Source of the DNA: Myxococcota bacterium | GTDB lineage: Bacteria > Myxococcota_A > UBA9042 > PHBI01 > JAWLBL01 | Length of the DNA: 64,000 nucleotides | Reading direction: 5' to 3' | NCBI GenBank assembly: GCA_041687695.1 | Contig: JAWLBL010000004.1 | Coordinates: 128,001 to 192,000, forward strand | In this document: piece after piece, positions 1-12,207 of the stretch | Numbering within the stretch: the first letter of the stretch is position 1 | Layout of the letters: each line of letters begins with the position of its first letter | Notes under the pieces: generated by a model | Databases searched by the model: none | Told to the model about the DNA's origin: nothing | Seen by the model: only the letters and a program-made list of their open reading frames with translations | Position numbers and translations under genes: made by a program

Positions 1-2
1 AC

Positions 3-944
3 TGCCCGCCGGGGATGTGGTGCGACCCGTGCCTGGGCCGCTGCGCCAGCCGGGTCGAGCTGTGCGACCCGTGCGCGCTGTCGGGGGCCTGCCAGGACGG
101 CGCGTGCTTCCCGCTGGCCTCGGGGCAGACGGTCTGCGGGCTGGACTGCATCTCGGACGTGGGGTGCCCGACCGGGTTCGGCTGCGTCGCGGCCGAGGGG
201 CTCGCGGCCAAGCAGTGTGTGCCCGTCAGCGGCAGCTGCGTGGATCTCGGGCTGTGCGGCGACGACGGGGACTGCCCCGACGGGCAGGTCTGCAACGACA
301 GCCTCAAGCAGTGCGCGCCGGGGTGCCAGGACGACGACTCCTGCGCGGGCGACCTGGTCTGCGTGGCGGCGCGCTGCGTCGCGCCGTGCGCGACCAACGC
401 GGACTGCGTCGCGCCGGCCGAGTGCACCGACAGCGGCCGCTGCAAGGTGCCGGGCTCGTGCGAGGGCTCGGACGAGTGCCTCGAGGCCGAGACCTACTGC
501 AACAAGAAGTCGGGCATGTGCGAGCCGGGGTGCCTGGTGGACGCGGACTGCAAGGACGCGGCGAAGATCTGCGAGGGCAAGGCCTGCGTGCCCAAGGGCT
601 GCGAGCACAACTTCCAGTGCGCCTTCGAGCAGGAGTGCGACAAGGCGACCGGTCAGTGCATCCCGATGACCAAGGACCACTGCGCGACCTGCGTCGCCGA
701 CCAGGAGAACCAGTGCGGCGGCGACCCCAACCTGTGCGTGACCTTCAGCGAGAAGGATCAGGAGACGGGGCAGGACGTCGAGAAGGGCGACTTCTGCATC
801 CTGCCCTGCGAGCCGGACCCCATCGACCAGTGCCCGCAGGGCTACGGCTGCCAGAAGGTCGAGATGCAGGACCAGAGCGGGGCGACGACCGAGGCCTTCT
901 ACTGCATCCGCAGCTGCTGGCAGAAGCCGGTCGGGGCGCCCTGA
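3..944 (+). CDS. Cys-rich repeat protein (5'-truncated by window), likely secreted/surface
   Basis: Frame is open from position 3 (CPPGMWC...). Dense CxxDxDCxxGxxC repeats; stop at 944. Confidence 0.8.
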   Translation, partial: CPPGMWCDPCLGRCASRVELCDPCALSGACQDGACFPLASGQTVCGLDCISDVGCPTGFGCVAAEGLAAKQCVPVSGSCVDLGLCGDDGDCPDGQVCNDSLKQCAPGCQDDDSCAGDLVCVAARCVAPCATNADCVAPAECTDSGRCKVPGSCEGSDECLEAETYCNKKSGMCEPGCLVDADCKDAAKICEGKACVPKGCEHNFQCAFEQECDKATGQCIPMTKDHCATCVADQENQCGGDPNLCVTFSEKDQETGQDVEKGDFCILPCEPDPIDQCPQGYGCQKVEMQDQSGATTEAFYCIRSCWQKPVGAP

Positions 945-964
945 GCGGCGTCGCCTGAGACGAG

Positions 965-1003
965 CGAGGGCCGGGCGCGGCGTCATGCCGCATCCGGCCC
1001 TCG
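965..1003. terminator. GC-rich hairpin between convergent genes
   Basis: cgagggccgggcgcggc / gccgcatccggccctcg: 17-bp stem with one mismatch and one G-T pair, loop gtcat; no clear U-tract. Confidence 0.45.
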
Positions 1004-1058
1004 TGCATGGCTCCGCGGCGCGCGGCGCCCCTGTCGGACACCGCGCGCGCAGACTGGA

Positions 1059-2369
1059 TCAGTGGCGCGGCGCCTCGCCGTACAGATCGAGGCCGGGCGC
1101 GACCTCGGCGCCTTCGACCTTCTTGGCGCGCTTGCGCTTCTTGTCGCCGTTGGCCTCGGCCTCCTCGGGCTCGGCGGCCGCCGGGGCGGGGTCGCTGGCC
1201 GGGGACGCGGCCTCGGCCGTGGCGGGCTCGGCGGTCTGCTCGGTGACGATCGGCGCGGCCGGCGTCACCACCTCGGGGACCCAGGCGTCGCGGTGCGTCT
1301 CGGCGGCGACGTGCTCGAGGGCGGCCGCCTCGTGGGCGATCATGTCGTCGAGCTCGCCCGAGATCTTGCGCAGGATGGCCTGCCGCTCGTGGAAGGGCAG
1401 GAAGGCCGACTTGAAGCCGTTGATGACCAGCTGCTTGAGGTCGGTCGCGTCGAAGCCGAAGGTCTCGACCGCGCGGGTGTACTCGGTGGTGACGGTGGTG
1501 TCCGTGACCAGGCGGTTGTCGGTGTTGATGGTCACCCGCACGCCGAAGTCGTAGTAGAACTTCAGCGGGTGGTTCTTGAAGTCGGTGACGGCGCGCGTCT
1601 GCACGTTCGAGGTCAGGCAGATCTCGAGCGGGATGCGGTGGTCGTTGACGTAGTTCAGCAGGTCGCCGCTCTCGCGCAGCCGCGTGCCGTGGCCGATGCG
1701 GTGGGCGCCGCACAGGTGGATGGCCTGGTGGATGCTCTCGGGGCCGTAGGCCTCGCCCGCGTGGATGGTCGAGTTGACGTTGTTGTTGCGGATGAGGCTG
1801 AAGGCCTCGCGGTGCTGCTTGGCCGGGTAGTCGTACTCGGCGCCCGCCAGATCGAAGCCGACCACGCCCTTGTTCTTGTAGGCGACGGCCAGCTCGGCGA
1901 GGCGCATGCTCTGCTCGGGCGCGATGTGACGGATGCCGCAGATGATGAGGTTGCAGCGGATGTCGTAGTCGCGCCGGGCGTCGTGCAGGCCCTCGAGCAC
2001 CGACTCGACGACCCGCGTCATCGCCAGGTTCTTGCGCGTGTGGAAGATGGGGGCGTAGCGGACCTCCATCAGCCGGACGTTCTCCTTGGCGGCGTCCTCG
2101 GCCAGCTCGTAGGCGGCGCGGTACAGGGCGTACTCGTCCTGCAGGACCGACAGGGTGACGTCGAAGGCCTTGAGGTAGTCCGTGAGATCTTTACAGATCT
2201 CGCCCATGTGGATCGCCTTGGCGAGGTCCGCCTCGTTGTCGGCGGGCAGGTCGACCTCGAAGCGCTCGGCGAGCTCCAGGATGGTCTTGAGCCGCATGGA
2301 CCCGTCGAGGTGGACGTGCAGATCCGTCTTGGGCAGCTTGTGGATGAACGCTTGGGAGGGGGTGAACAT
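1059..2369 (-). CDS. add: Adenosine deaminase with low-complexity C-terminal tail
   Basis: PKTDLHVHLDGS, HAGE, RIGHG and NTDN motifs of the adenosine deaminase family. Confidence 0.93.
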   Translation of the reverse strand: MFTPSQAFIHKLPKTDLHVHLDGSMRLKTILELAERFEVDLPADNEADLAKAIHMGEICKDLTDYLKAFDVTLSVLQDEYALYRAAYELAEDAAKENVRLMEVRYAPIFHTRKNLAMTRVVESVLEGLHDARRDYDIRCNLIICGIRHIAPEQSMRLAELAVAYKNKGVVGFDLAGAEYDYPAKQHREAFSLIRNNNVNSTIHAGEAYGPESIHQAIHLCGAHRIGHGTRLRESGDLLNYVNDHRIPLEICLTSNVQTRAVTDFKNHPLKFYYDFGVRVTINTDNRLVTDTTVTTEYTRAVETFGFDATDLKQLVINGFKSAFLPFHERQAILRKISGELDDMIAHEAAALEHVAAETHRDAWVPEVVTPAAPIVTEQTAEPATAEAASPASDPAPAAAEPEEAEANGDKKRKRAKKVEGAEVAPGLDLYGEAPRH

Positions 2370-2496
2370 GCTCTCTTTCCTGTTCCTTCATCGGATTTCG
2401 ATTCGGGACAGGGTAGGGGGAGCGGTCACCCCGGGCAAGGCCCAGGCGAAGGTCGCGCCGGCCGAAAGCGAGCGCCCTCGGCCGGCGCGGTCGGGT

Positions 2497-3234
2497 CTAC
2501 TGCCCTTCGCAGTCCACCTGATCACAGGTGTCGAGCGCGACGATCTTGGTCACCTTGTCGCCAGCGCCCAGGTTGATGCCGCTCACCTGGCCGCGGGCGA
2601 CCTTGGTGCCGGACGTGCTCAGGCCGTAGCCGAGCACGACCATGCCCTCGATGGGCTCGAGGTCCTCGAAGAGCGCGCCCGCGGTGGTCTCGCCGTCCTC
2701 GGGGTCCGGGAAGGTCGCGTCGCAGTCGACCGTCTGCGTGCGGCCAGCCAGCTCCTTGCCCTGGGAATCGAACAGCGTCACCTCGACGCGATCGATGTTG
2801 CTGGTCGCGCACTTCCCGCCCGGCAGCGTCCAGTCGACGATCAGCGCGGCCGGCTTCTCCTCGAGACGCAGCTGCGGGCTCTCCGCGGTCTTGCCGCTCG
2901 ACACCGTCAGGCTCGTGGATTCGATGAGCCAGGTGCCCTTGTCCGTCGCGTCGAAGCCCTCGACGACCACCTTGTACTTGGCGGGCGTCAGCTCGTCGAT
3001 CGTCAGCGTGCCGGACGAGCCGTTGGCCGGGCAGTCGGCCGAGACCGTGTTCTCGAGGGTCGTGCCGCGGTAGGCCCGCGCCTCGATCCGGGTCAAGTGC
3101 AGGCTGCCGCAGGTCGCGACGGGGCCCAGGGTCCACTTGACGTCGATGGCGCCCGGCGCGGCCGGGGCGTCGTCCCCGCAGCCAAGGGCCGGCAGCAGGG
3201 TGAGGGCGAACAACACGTAGGCGACGTGCTTCAT
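2497..3234 (-). CDS. Hypothetical lipoprotein with two beta-rich (Ig-like) repeats
   Basis: MKHVAY...LGC lipobox; two similar modules (IDVKWTL..C / LIVDWTL..C). Confidence 0.75.
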   Translation of the reverse strand: MKHVAYVLFALTLLPALGCGDDAPAAPGAIDVKWTLGPVATCGSLHLTRIEARAYRGTTLENTVSADCPANGSSGTLTIDELTPAKYKVVVEGFDATDKGTWLIESTSLTVSSGKTAESPQLRLEEKPAALIVDWTLPGGKCATSNIDRVEVTLFDSQGKELAGRTQTVDCDATFPDPEDGETTAGALFEDLEPIEGMVVLGYGLSTSGTKVARGQVSGINLGAGDKVTKIVALDTCDQVDCEGQ

Positions 3235-3357
3235 CGTCGATGGCTCCAGTCGGTCGGGAGGTGCGGTGGGACGTTGTGCTCGATGGCGCGGTAGGAGCAA
3301 GGAATTTCAAGGGTTTTTTTGCGCCGCAGCGCCGCTGGGGACAGACTATCCCGAACC

Positions 3358-4338
3358 ATGCGGTGCCGAGTCAACCAGAGCCGGCCGCGCGCGCTGGGCG
3401 TCAGTACGCGCGGGCTGGCGATCGTATTCACGCTGCTCGGCCTCGGTTGCGCCGGACGGCCGGTGGCGCCGCAGCCGTGGTACGACTTCGACACCGTCTA
3501 CATGAACGACGGCGTGGGTGGCCACGCGGTGTGGAAGCGGCGGGACAAGGCGGCCGTCGCGCGGGCCACGAAGGCCCGCGAGCGCGCCTGGACCCGGGCC
3601 GAAGCCGCCGAGGCCCGCGCGGTGGCCAAGGCGCGGCCGGCGGCCAGGCGCCCGACCGCCCGGCCCAAGCAGGTCGCCCAGGCCAAGCCGGCCCCGCGGC
3701 CCAAGGCGAGACCCACGGCGAAGGCCAAGCCCGCCGCCAAGCCGCTCCCGGCGCGGATCGCCAAGGCCCCCTCCAAGCCCAAGCCCGCTAAGCCGGATCC
3801 GCGGCCGGCCCCGGTGCTCGGCGACGGCTCGGTCGCCGGCGAGCTGCTCGCGGCCGCCAAGCGCCTGCGGGGCATCACCGACGACTTCACGCGCCGGCCC
3901 TTCCTCCTGCACCTGCTGACCGTCGCCGCCGTCGATCTCGACGTCTCGGCGACACCCGACCGCTTCGTCGCCGAGGCCTGGCGCGTCCTCGACGCTCGGG
4001 GGCGCACGTTCTCGAGCCGCACCGGCCGCCGGCCAGAGCCCGGGGACCTGGCCTTCTTCCACCACCTGGTCGACGCGGACGGCGACGGATTGGCCAACGA
4101 TCCGTTCACCGGCGTCGCCGTGATCGAGCGCATCAAGCCCGACGGCGTGATCCTGTGCATCGGCGAGGTGCACGGCAAGGTGCGCCGCTTCGCCATGGAT
4201 CCCGATCGGCCCGGCGTCCGCCGCGACGAGGGCAGCCGGGCGGCCGTGAACACGCCGCTGCGCCCGCGCCGCCTCGCGGAAGGGCCCGACGTCCCCTATC
4301 TGGCCGGTGGCCTGCTCGCCGGTTACGCGCGCCCCTGA
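3358..4338 (+). CDS. Lipoprotein with Ala/Pro/Lys linker and a degenerate NlpC/P60 (CHAP-like) domain
   Basis: LGLGC lipobox; PEPGDLAFF...D.DGDG..ND.FTGVAVIE resembles myxobacterial NlpC/P60 proteins. Confidence 0.65.
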   Translation: MRCRVNQSRPRALGVSTRGLAIVFTLLGLGCAGRPVAPQPWYDFDTVYMNDGVGGHAVWKRRDKAAVARATKARERAWTRAEAAEARAVAKARPAARRPTARPKQVAQAKPAPRPKARPTAKAKPAAKPLPARIAKAPSKPKPAKPDPRPAPVLGDGSVAGELLAAAKRLRGITDDFTRRPFLLHLLTVAAVDLDVSATPDRFVAEAWRVLDARGRTFSSRTGRRPEPGDLAFFHHLVDADGDGLANDPFTGVAVIERIKPDGVILCIGEVHGKVRRFAMDPDRPGVRRDEGSRAAVNTPLRPRRLAEGPDVPYLAGGLLAGYARP

Positions 4339-4444
4339 GCATGGCCCGTCCTGCGCGCCGGAACCCGCCGAGCATGTTGCCGTTCCGGACTTTCGGCCTG
4401 ACGCCCGCTTGCGTTATGGTCGCCGCCACGGGGGCCCGGGGTTC

Positions 4445-6871
4445 ATGAGCACGGACGGCAACATCGTAGGCTTCGCCCACGCCTTCCTGAGATCGCTCGT
4501 CGGGGCGACCCAGGACGGCTTCACGCCGGCCGTGACCCAGTCGCTGCAGGAGGCGTGGACCCACTTCGGCATCGTGTCCGAGGGCCGCTTCGCCGTCGAC
4601 GTCCGGCACGTCCCGGCCCGCGGCGCGACCTTCTTCGTGCAGCGCCTGGGCGAGCGGCCGATCGAGCTCGGGCCGACCCTGCCGCCGGCCAACCGCGAGT
4701 GGCTCAGCGGGCTCATCCAGCAGATCTTCACGCGCGTCGGCGCCCAGCAGATCTCCCTGCTGCCCGGCCTGACCTTCGAGGATCTGTCGACGGCCAGCGT
4801 CGCGCTCCTCGCCGGCGGCGAGCACCCGCAGCACCGCGTCGCGCAGCGCCACGTGAACCACATCGTCTGCCTGGGCGCCGCGCCGTCTCTGGCGATCCCC
4901 CCGCAGCTGCCCCGCGTCGTGGCCGAGAGCATCGACATGCTCCACATGGTCCTGACGGGCATCGAGCGCTTCGGGCCCGGGCCGAAGCTGAAGGTCACCC
5001 AGTTCCTGCAGCCGATCGCGCAGTACCTCGTGCATCGCTGCGAGAACCCGGCCGGCGTCGGCGCCTTCCTCGCCTCGCTGGAGCTGCCCGCCCACAGCAT
5101 GGCGCCGCGGTTCCGCGCGGCCCTGCTCAAGATGCTCATCGAGGCCGTCCCCGACGCGATGGTGCAGCGCCTGTCCGAGGGGTGCGACCGCATCGTCGCC
5201 ATGGTGGGCGGCCCGCAGGCCATCGGCCAGCAGGTCGACCCGCAGGGCGTCTCCATCGCCGGCTACCACACCCTGGGCCAGGCGCTGCGGCCTCGCCTCA
5301 GCAGCGTCAAGGCGGCCGCCCCGACCGGTCCGGCGGGCGCCAGCGTCGGTCCGCCGCCCCGCCCGCCGACCATCCCGACGCCCTCGGCGCCACCGCCCGT
5401 CCCGCCGCCGGTCGTCCCCGCGGCGCCCGTCGCCGACGTGTGGGGCTACGATCAAGAGCTCGGCGGACCCAGCGCCGCCGCCCCGGTCTCCGGCTACGGC
5501 ATGGAGGCCCCCGTCGCGGCCCGTCCGGCCCCGCAGGGCGACTCGGGCCTCATCCGCACGGCGGCGCGTCCGGCCGCCGCCAACCCGGGGTCGGGCGTGC
5601 ACCGCATGCCGGCCGCCGACCAGTCGGGCCTGCTCCGTCCAGGCGGTCGTCCCGGCTCCGAGTCCCACGTGGGCCCCCTGCCGTCGGACCAGTCGGGCGT
5701 GCTCGATCCCAGCGGCGCGGCCCCGATCGCGCGGCCCCGCCGGCTCGACCCGCGCGTCGACGGCTGGGTCGGCTCGTACCAGACGCTCGGGCCGCGCCTG
5801 ATGGAGCGCGCGCAGGACGTCCAGGACGCCGGCAAGTACGAGGGCGCCATCAAGATCCTGGCCAACGTCGCCGGCTACTTCCTCGACCAGGGGCAGTGGA
5901 CGGACGCGCTGCCGATCGTGCGCCTGCTCAAGGTGCAGGAGCAGCAGGCCCTGCGCTGGCCCGAGGAGCAGAAGCGGGCGCTGGCGGCCGCGCTCTCGTT
6001 GGTGCTGCCGGCGGACGGGGCCGACGTGATGGTCCACGCGCTCCTCGTGGCCGACGTGCGCGAGCGGGCGGCGGTCTACGATCTGGTCGCCTTCTACGGG
6101 CACCTGGCCGTCCCGGCGCTGCTCGAGGCGATGCTGAGCCGCCGCCTCAACCCGTCGACGCGCAAGGAGGTCGTCGCGCTGATCGAGGCCGCCGGGCCAG
6201 CGGCCGGCCCGGCCATCATCGACGCCATCCAGCGCTGCGGCCGGCAGTGGAACCGGGCGACGCCCCTGGTCAGCCTGCTCGGCGCCGTCGGCTACCGGGC
6301 CGGGCAGCGCGCGGTGGGCGATCTGCTGCGCCACGCGCAGCCCAAGGTGCGCGAGGAGGCCCTGCTCAGCGCCTACAAGATGATGGAGGGCGGGGCACAC
6401 CGCTACCTCATCGACGCGCTCGAGGACCCCGACATCGGGGTGGTGCAACGATCCGTGGCGCTCCTGGCGGCGGCCAACAGCCGCGACGCCAGCTACACCA
6501 GCCTGCTGCACGAGCTGGTCTCGAACCCCTCGCCGGCGGACGCGCGCGAGGAGGGGCTCATCATCACGGCCATCTACGCGCTCAAGGATCTCGGCAACAT
6601 CGAGCTGTACGAGGGCATGGACGCCGAGACGGCGCTCACCGAGGCGCTGCGCGACGGGGGCAAGAGCGGCTTCCTCAGCCTGGTCAAGGGCGGCCGCGGG
6701 CAGCGCTCGCTCGCGATCCAGACCGCGCTGTGCGACACGCTGGCGGCCGTTGGCTCCGACCGCGCGCGATCGACCCTGCAGGCGGTCGGCAAGGACGCGC
6801 CGCTCGCCCTGCGCGAGGCGGCCGAGGGCGCGCTCCGGTCCCTGGCGGCGCGGTTCCCGAGCCCAGCGTAA
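4445..6871 (+). CDS. HEAT-repeat protein with unknown N-terminal domain and Pro-rich linker
   Basis: C-terminal HEAT/PBS-like repeats (LLRHAQPKVREEA, ALEDPDIGVVQRS); typical codon usage. Confidence 0.8.
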   Translation: MSTDGNIVGFAHAFLRSLVGATQDGFTPAVTQSLQEAWTHFGIVSEGRFAVDVRHVPARGATFFVQRLGERPIELGPTLPPANREWLSGLIQQIFTRVGAQQISLLPGLTFEDLSTASVALLAGGEHPQHRVAQRHVNHIVCLGAAPSLAIPPQLPRVVAESIDMLHMVLTGIERFGPGPKLKVTQFLQPIAQYLVHRCENPAGVGAFLASLELPAHSMAPRFRAALLKMLIEAVPDAMVQRLSEGCDRIVAMVGGPQAIGQQVDPQGVSIAGYHTLGQALRPRLSSVKAAAPTGPAGASVGPPPRPPTIPTPSAPPPVPPPVVPAAPVADVWGYDQELGGPSAAAPVSGYGMEAPVAARPAPQGDSGLIRTAARPAAANPGSGVHRMPAADQSGLLRPGGRPGSESHVGPLPSDQSGVLDPSGAAPIARPRRLDPRVDGWVGSYQTLGPRLMERAQDVQDAGKYEGAIKILANVAGYFLDQGQWTDALPIVRLLKVQEQQALRWPEEQKRALAAALSLVLPADGADVMVHALLVADVRERAAVYDLVAFYGHLAVPALLEAMLSRRLNPSTRKEVVALIEAAGPAAGPAIIDAIQRCGRQWNRATPLVSLLGAVGYRAGQRAVGDLLRHAQPKVREEALLSAYKMMEGGAHRYLIDALEDPDIGVVQRSVALLAAANSRDASYTSLLHELVSNPSPADAREEGLIITAIYALKDLGNIELYEGMDAETALTEALRDGGKSGFLSLVKGGRGQRSLAIQTALCDTLAAVGSDRARSTLQAVGKDAPLALREAAEGALRSLAARFPSPA

Positions 6872-6958
6872 CCTGGCCGCCGGGGCCGGGATTGGCACGA
6901 CCGGCGACAAACGATAGAGTCTGGCCTCCGCGGTCTCCCCGAACGGTTTGGAGGGCGA

Positions 6959-9316
<2,358 letters not shown>

Positions 9317-9365
9317 GGGCGCCGCGCGCCTCCCGACGCGCGACGGCCGACCCTCGCAAGGCGCC

Positions 9366-10430
9366 ATGATCCAGCGTTCTCCCATCGTCGCCCTCGTCCT
9401 CGCCGCCGGCCTCGGGGCCCTACCCGCGAGCCCGGCCTGGCTGGTCGCGCCCGCCTTCGCACAGCAGGATCCGCAGCGCGCCAAGGCCCTGTTCGCCGAG
9501 GCCAAGGATCTCCACGAGGCCGGCAAGACGCGCGAGGCGCTCGGCAAGCTCAAAGAGGCCTACGAGGCCTTCCCCGCCGACGGCATCCTGGTCTCCATCG
9601 CCAACCGCCACCTCGATCTCGGCGAGCCCGAGGAGGCCGCCGAGATCCTGAGCCGCATCGAGACGCGCGACCCCAACCTGCGCAAGCAGGTCAAGCGCCT
9701 GCAGGAGGACGTCGAGGCCAAGCTGGCCGAGCCGGTCACCGTGCGCATCTCGGCCGACGCCGCGCTCGCCAAGGTCTCGGTCGACGGGCAGCCCGCCCGC
9801 GAGCTGCCGACGACGCTGCAGCTGCCGCGCGGCAACCACCGCTTCCTGTTCACCGCGCCCGGGCGGGACGACGTGGTCGTCACCCGCGAGCTGCGCGGCA
9901 CGTCCGAGGTCACCATCGAAGGGTCGATGCCGGCGCCCAACGGCCGCTTCCAGGTCAACGTCACGCCCGCCGGGCCGCTGGGCGACCTGCGCGTCTTCGT
10001 CGGCAAGCGCCAGGTGTCCCTGAAGGAGACCGAGCGCTCGGCGCCCCTGTCCGAGCCGCGCGAGCTGCCGGCCGGCCGCTACGAGATCCGCTGCCTGCGC
10101 GGTGTGGACGACTTCGCGTCGACCGTCATCGAGGTGCAGCCCGGCGAGGTCGCCGTCGCCACCTGCGCCTTCACCCCGCCGGTCGTCGAGAGCGACAACC
10201 AGACCTGGGGCTGGGTCTCCGCCGGCGCCGGCGCTCTGGCCCTGGCCGGCGGCATCGCCTTCCTCGCGGCGTATGTCGACGAGACCGAGCGCTTCCCCGA
10301 GCCGCGCTACCGCATCGAGTCGACCAAGCCGCTCGCCTCGGGCCTGCTCTTCGCCGGCGCGGTCGGCTTCGGCGCGGCCTCCTACCTGTTCTTCACCGAC
10401 TTCGAGCTGCTCGAGCCGTCCGAAGAGTGA
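9366..10430 (+). CDS. Secreted TPR + PEGA-domain protein with C-terminal hydrophobic segments
   Basis: Signal peptide (AFA-QQ); AKALFAEAK TPR-like helix; VSVDGQ...LPRGNH PEGA-like motif. Typical partner gene of myxobacterial kinases. Confidence 0.8.
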   Translation: MIQRSPIVALVLAAGLGALPASPAWLVAPAFAQQDPQRAKALFAEAKDLHEAGKTREALGKLKEAYEAFPADGILVSIANRHLDLGEPEEAAEILSRIETRDPNLRKQVKRLQEDVEAKLAEPVTVRISADAALAKVSVDGQPARELPTTLQLPRGNHRFLFTAPGRDDVVVTRELRGTSEVTIEGSMPAPNGRFQVNVTPAGPLGDLRVFVGKRQVSLKETERSAPLSEPRELPAGRYEIRCLRGVDDFASTVIEVQPGEVAVATCAFTPPVVESDNQTWGWVSAGAGALALAGGIAFLAAYVDETERFPEPRYRIESTKPLASGLLFAGAVGFGAASYLFFTDFELLEPSEE

Positions 10431-10471
10431 CGCGCCCCCGGGCGCGCCCTCCGACCCGCGAGCCCACCCAC

Positions 10472-11353
10472 ATGCTCCTGCGCTACTACCGCCGCATCCT
10501 GGACGACTGCGAGCCGTACCTCGTGGCCCGCCCGCCGGTGCTCGAGGCGATGGGCCGCGCCCCGCTGGGCATCGAGATCCCCGCCGCCAACTGCTTCGAC
10601 CCGCAGAAGGTGGGCAGCGGGCCCTTCCTGAACCTGGTCAAGACGCTCGACGAGCAGACGTACGGCCCGCTGGGCCTGTCCATGCCTTCCTGGGTCTTCT
10701 ACGACTGCGCCATCATGCCGGGCGCCGTCTTCGGCTTCGCGCGCCGCGCGAGCGCCCTCGAGCCGTGGGTTCACCGCTCGCTCGCCGTCCCGCCGGGCTA
10801 CGACGGCCTGGTCCCCATGTCGCTCTTCATCGCCATCCCGCTGCCCGACCGCACCACCTGGCTCGTCTACTCGCTGTGCAGCATCAACCAGGTCGCCGCC
10901 GGCGCCGCCCCCGAGGGCCTGTGGCGCCTGACGCTCGCCCTCGGCACCGACGCCCTGGGCATGCGCGAGCTGGTCGGCACCTCGCGCTGGCGCTCGCCCC
11001 GCCTGGGCCTGTACGCCGGCCTCGGCCCGCTGGATCTGATGACCGCCTGGACGCCCGCCCACGACATCCCGGCCACCACCACCTTCCGCGTGGTCACCGA
11101 CGCCAGCGCCCGCGACCGCCTCCTGCGCGGCGACGCCGTCGGCCCCGAGGGCATCCACCGCTACCTGGACGCCGACGACTTCGGCGCCATGCGCGCCCTG
11201 CAGGACGAGCTCGAGCAGGGCCTGCGCTGGGCGGTCGTCGGCCCGGCCGAGATCCGCGGCGCCGAGACCCGCGTCCCGCTCCAGCTCCGCGACGCCCCCG
11301 CCGATCACCCGGTCGACGACGGCGTCGGCTTCACCCGGCGGTTCCAGGGATGA
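10472..11353 (+). CDS. Hypothetical protein, possible GNAT-like fold (paralog A)
   Basis: Good codon bias; aligns by eye with the next gene (WVFYDCA, VPxGYDG, IAIP, GPLDL, TPAH). Confidence 0.75.
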   Translation: MLLRYYRRILDDCEPYLVARPPVLEAMGRAPLGIEIPAANCFDPQKVGSGPFLNLVKTLDEQTYGPLGLSMPSWVFYDCAIMPGAVFGFARRASALEPWVHRSLAVPPGYDGLVPMSLFIAIPLPDRTTWLVYSLCSINQVAAGAAPEGLWRLTLALGTDALGMRELVGTSRWRSPRLGLYAGLGPLDLMTAWTPAHDIPATTTFRVVTDASARDRLLRGDAVGPEGIHRYLDADDFGAMRALQDELEQGLRWAVVGPAEIRGAETRVPLQLRDAPADHPVDDGVGFTRRFQG

Positions 11354-12177
11354 CGCTGCGCACCTCCAACGACGCCATCCTCACCGACTACCAGCCCTTC
11401 GTGGTCGGCCTCGAGCGCAACCTCCCCTACCTCGACCCGGCCCCCTTCGGGCTCGAGACCCGCTGGTTCATCGACCCGACCCGCCGCGCCTCGGGCACCT
11501 TCCTCGATCTCCTGCAGCGCCTGGACGCCCTGACCTTCGGCCCCGAGGGGATGCCGATGGACAAGTGGGTGTTCTACGACTGCGCCGAGCTGCCGGGCTT
11601 CATCTACGGCTTCGCCACGCCCGCCGCCGACCTCACGGCCGACGAGCGCGCCGTCTTCGGCGTGCCGGCCGGCTACGACGGCCCGGTCCCCTTCTCGATG
11701 TACATCGCCATCCCGATGCACGAGGACGGCGCCTGGTTCGGCCACAACCTGGCCAGCCTCAACCGCACCTTCCCCGAGCGGCGCCTGGACTACCTGGGCA
11801 CCATCACCAAGGCCATCGCCTTCAAGGCCTACAAGATCCGCCGCTTCTACGGCGCGACCCAGTGGCAGTCCAAGGCCTTGTACATCCACACCAAGTTCGG
11901 GCCGCTGGATCTCTCGACGACCTACACGCCGGCCCACAGCCTGCCCGAGACGCTGACCTACGGCCTGCAGGTCACCGACGAGCTGCTCCGCGGCGCGGCG
12001 GGCGACCCGGCCCACAAGCTGCCCCGGGTCGAGCCCAACCTGCACCTCGACGCGACCGACGTCGAGGGCATGAAGCGACTGCAGGCCGACATCGAGGCGG
12101 GCGCCCGCCTGCAGCTGGTCGGCCCGCCCTCGCTGCGCGGCAAGAGCGTCCTGCACCCGCTCCGGCGCCTGTCGTAG
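11350..12177 (+). CDS. Hypothetical protein, possible GNAT-like fold (paralog B)
   Basis: ATGA overlap at 11350-11353; same motifs as the upstream gene. Confidence 0.78.
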   Translation: MTLRTSNDAILTDYQPFVVGLERNLPYLDPAPFGLETRWFIDPTRRASGTFLDLLQRLDALTFGPEGMPMDKWVFYDCAELPGFIYGFATPAADLTADERAVFGVPAGYDGPVPFSMYIAIPMHEDGAWFGHNLASLNRTFPERRLDYLGTITKAIAFKAYKIRRFYGATQWQSKALYIHTKFGPLDLSTTYTPAHSLPETLTYGLQVTDELLRGAAGDPAHKLPRVEPNLHLDATDVEGMKRLQADIEAGARLQLVGPPSLRGKSVLHPLRRLS

Positions 12178-12207
12178 CCGCGACCCGACAGGCGCCCGGG
12201 CGTCGCC

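Noticed and set aside
6893..6907. TGGCACG upstream of the kinase (also near 22774 and 19700) as sigma54 promoters
   Set aside because: No GC at the -12 position with correct spacing.
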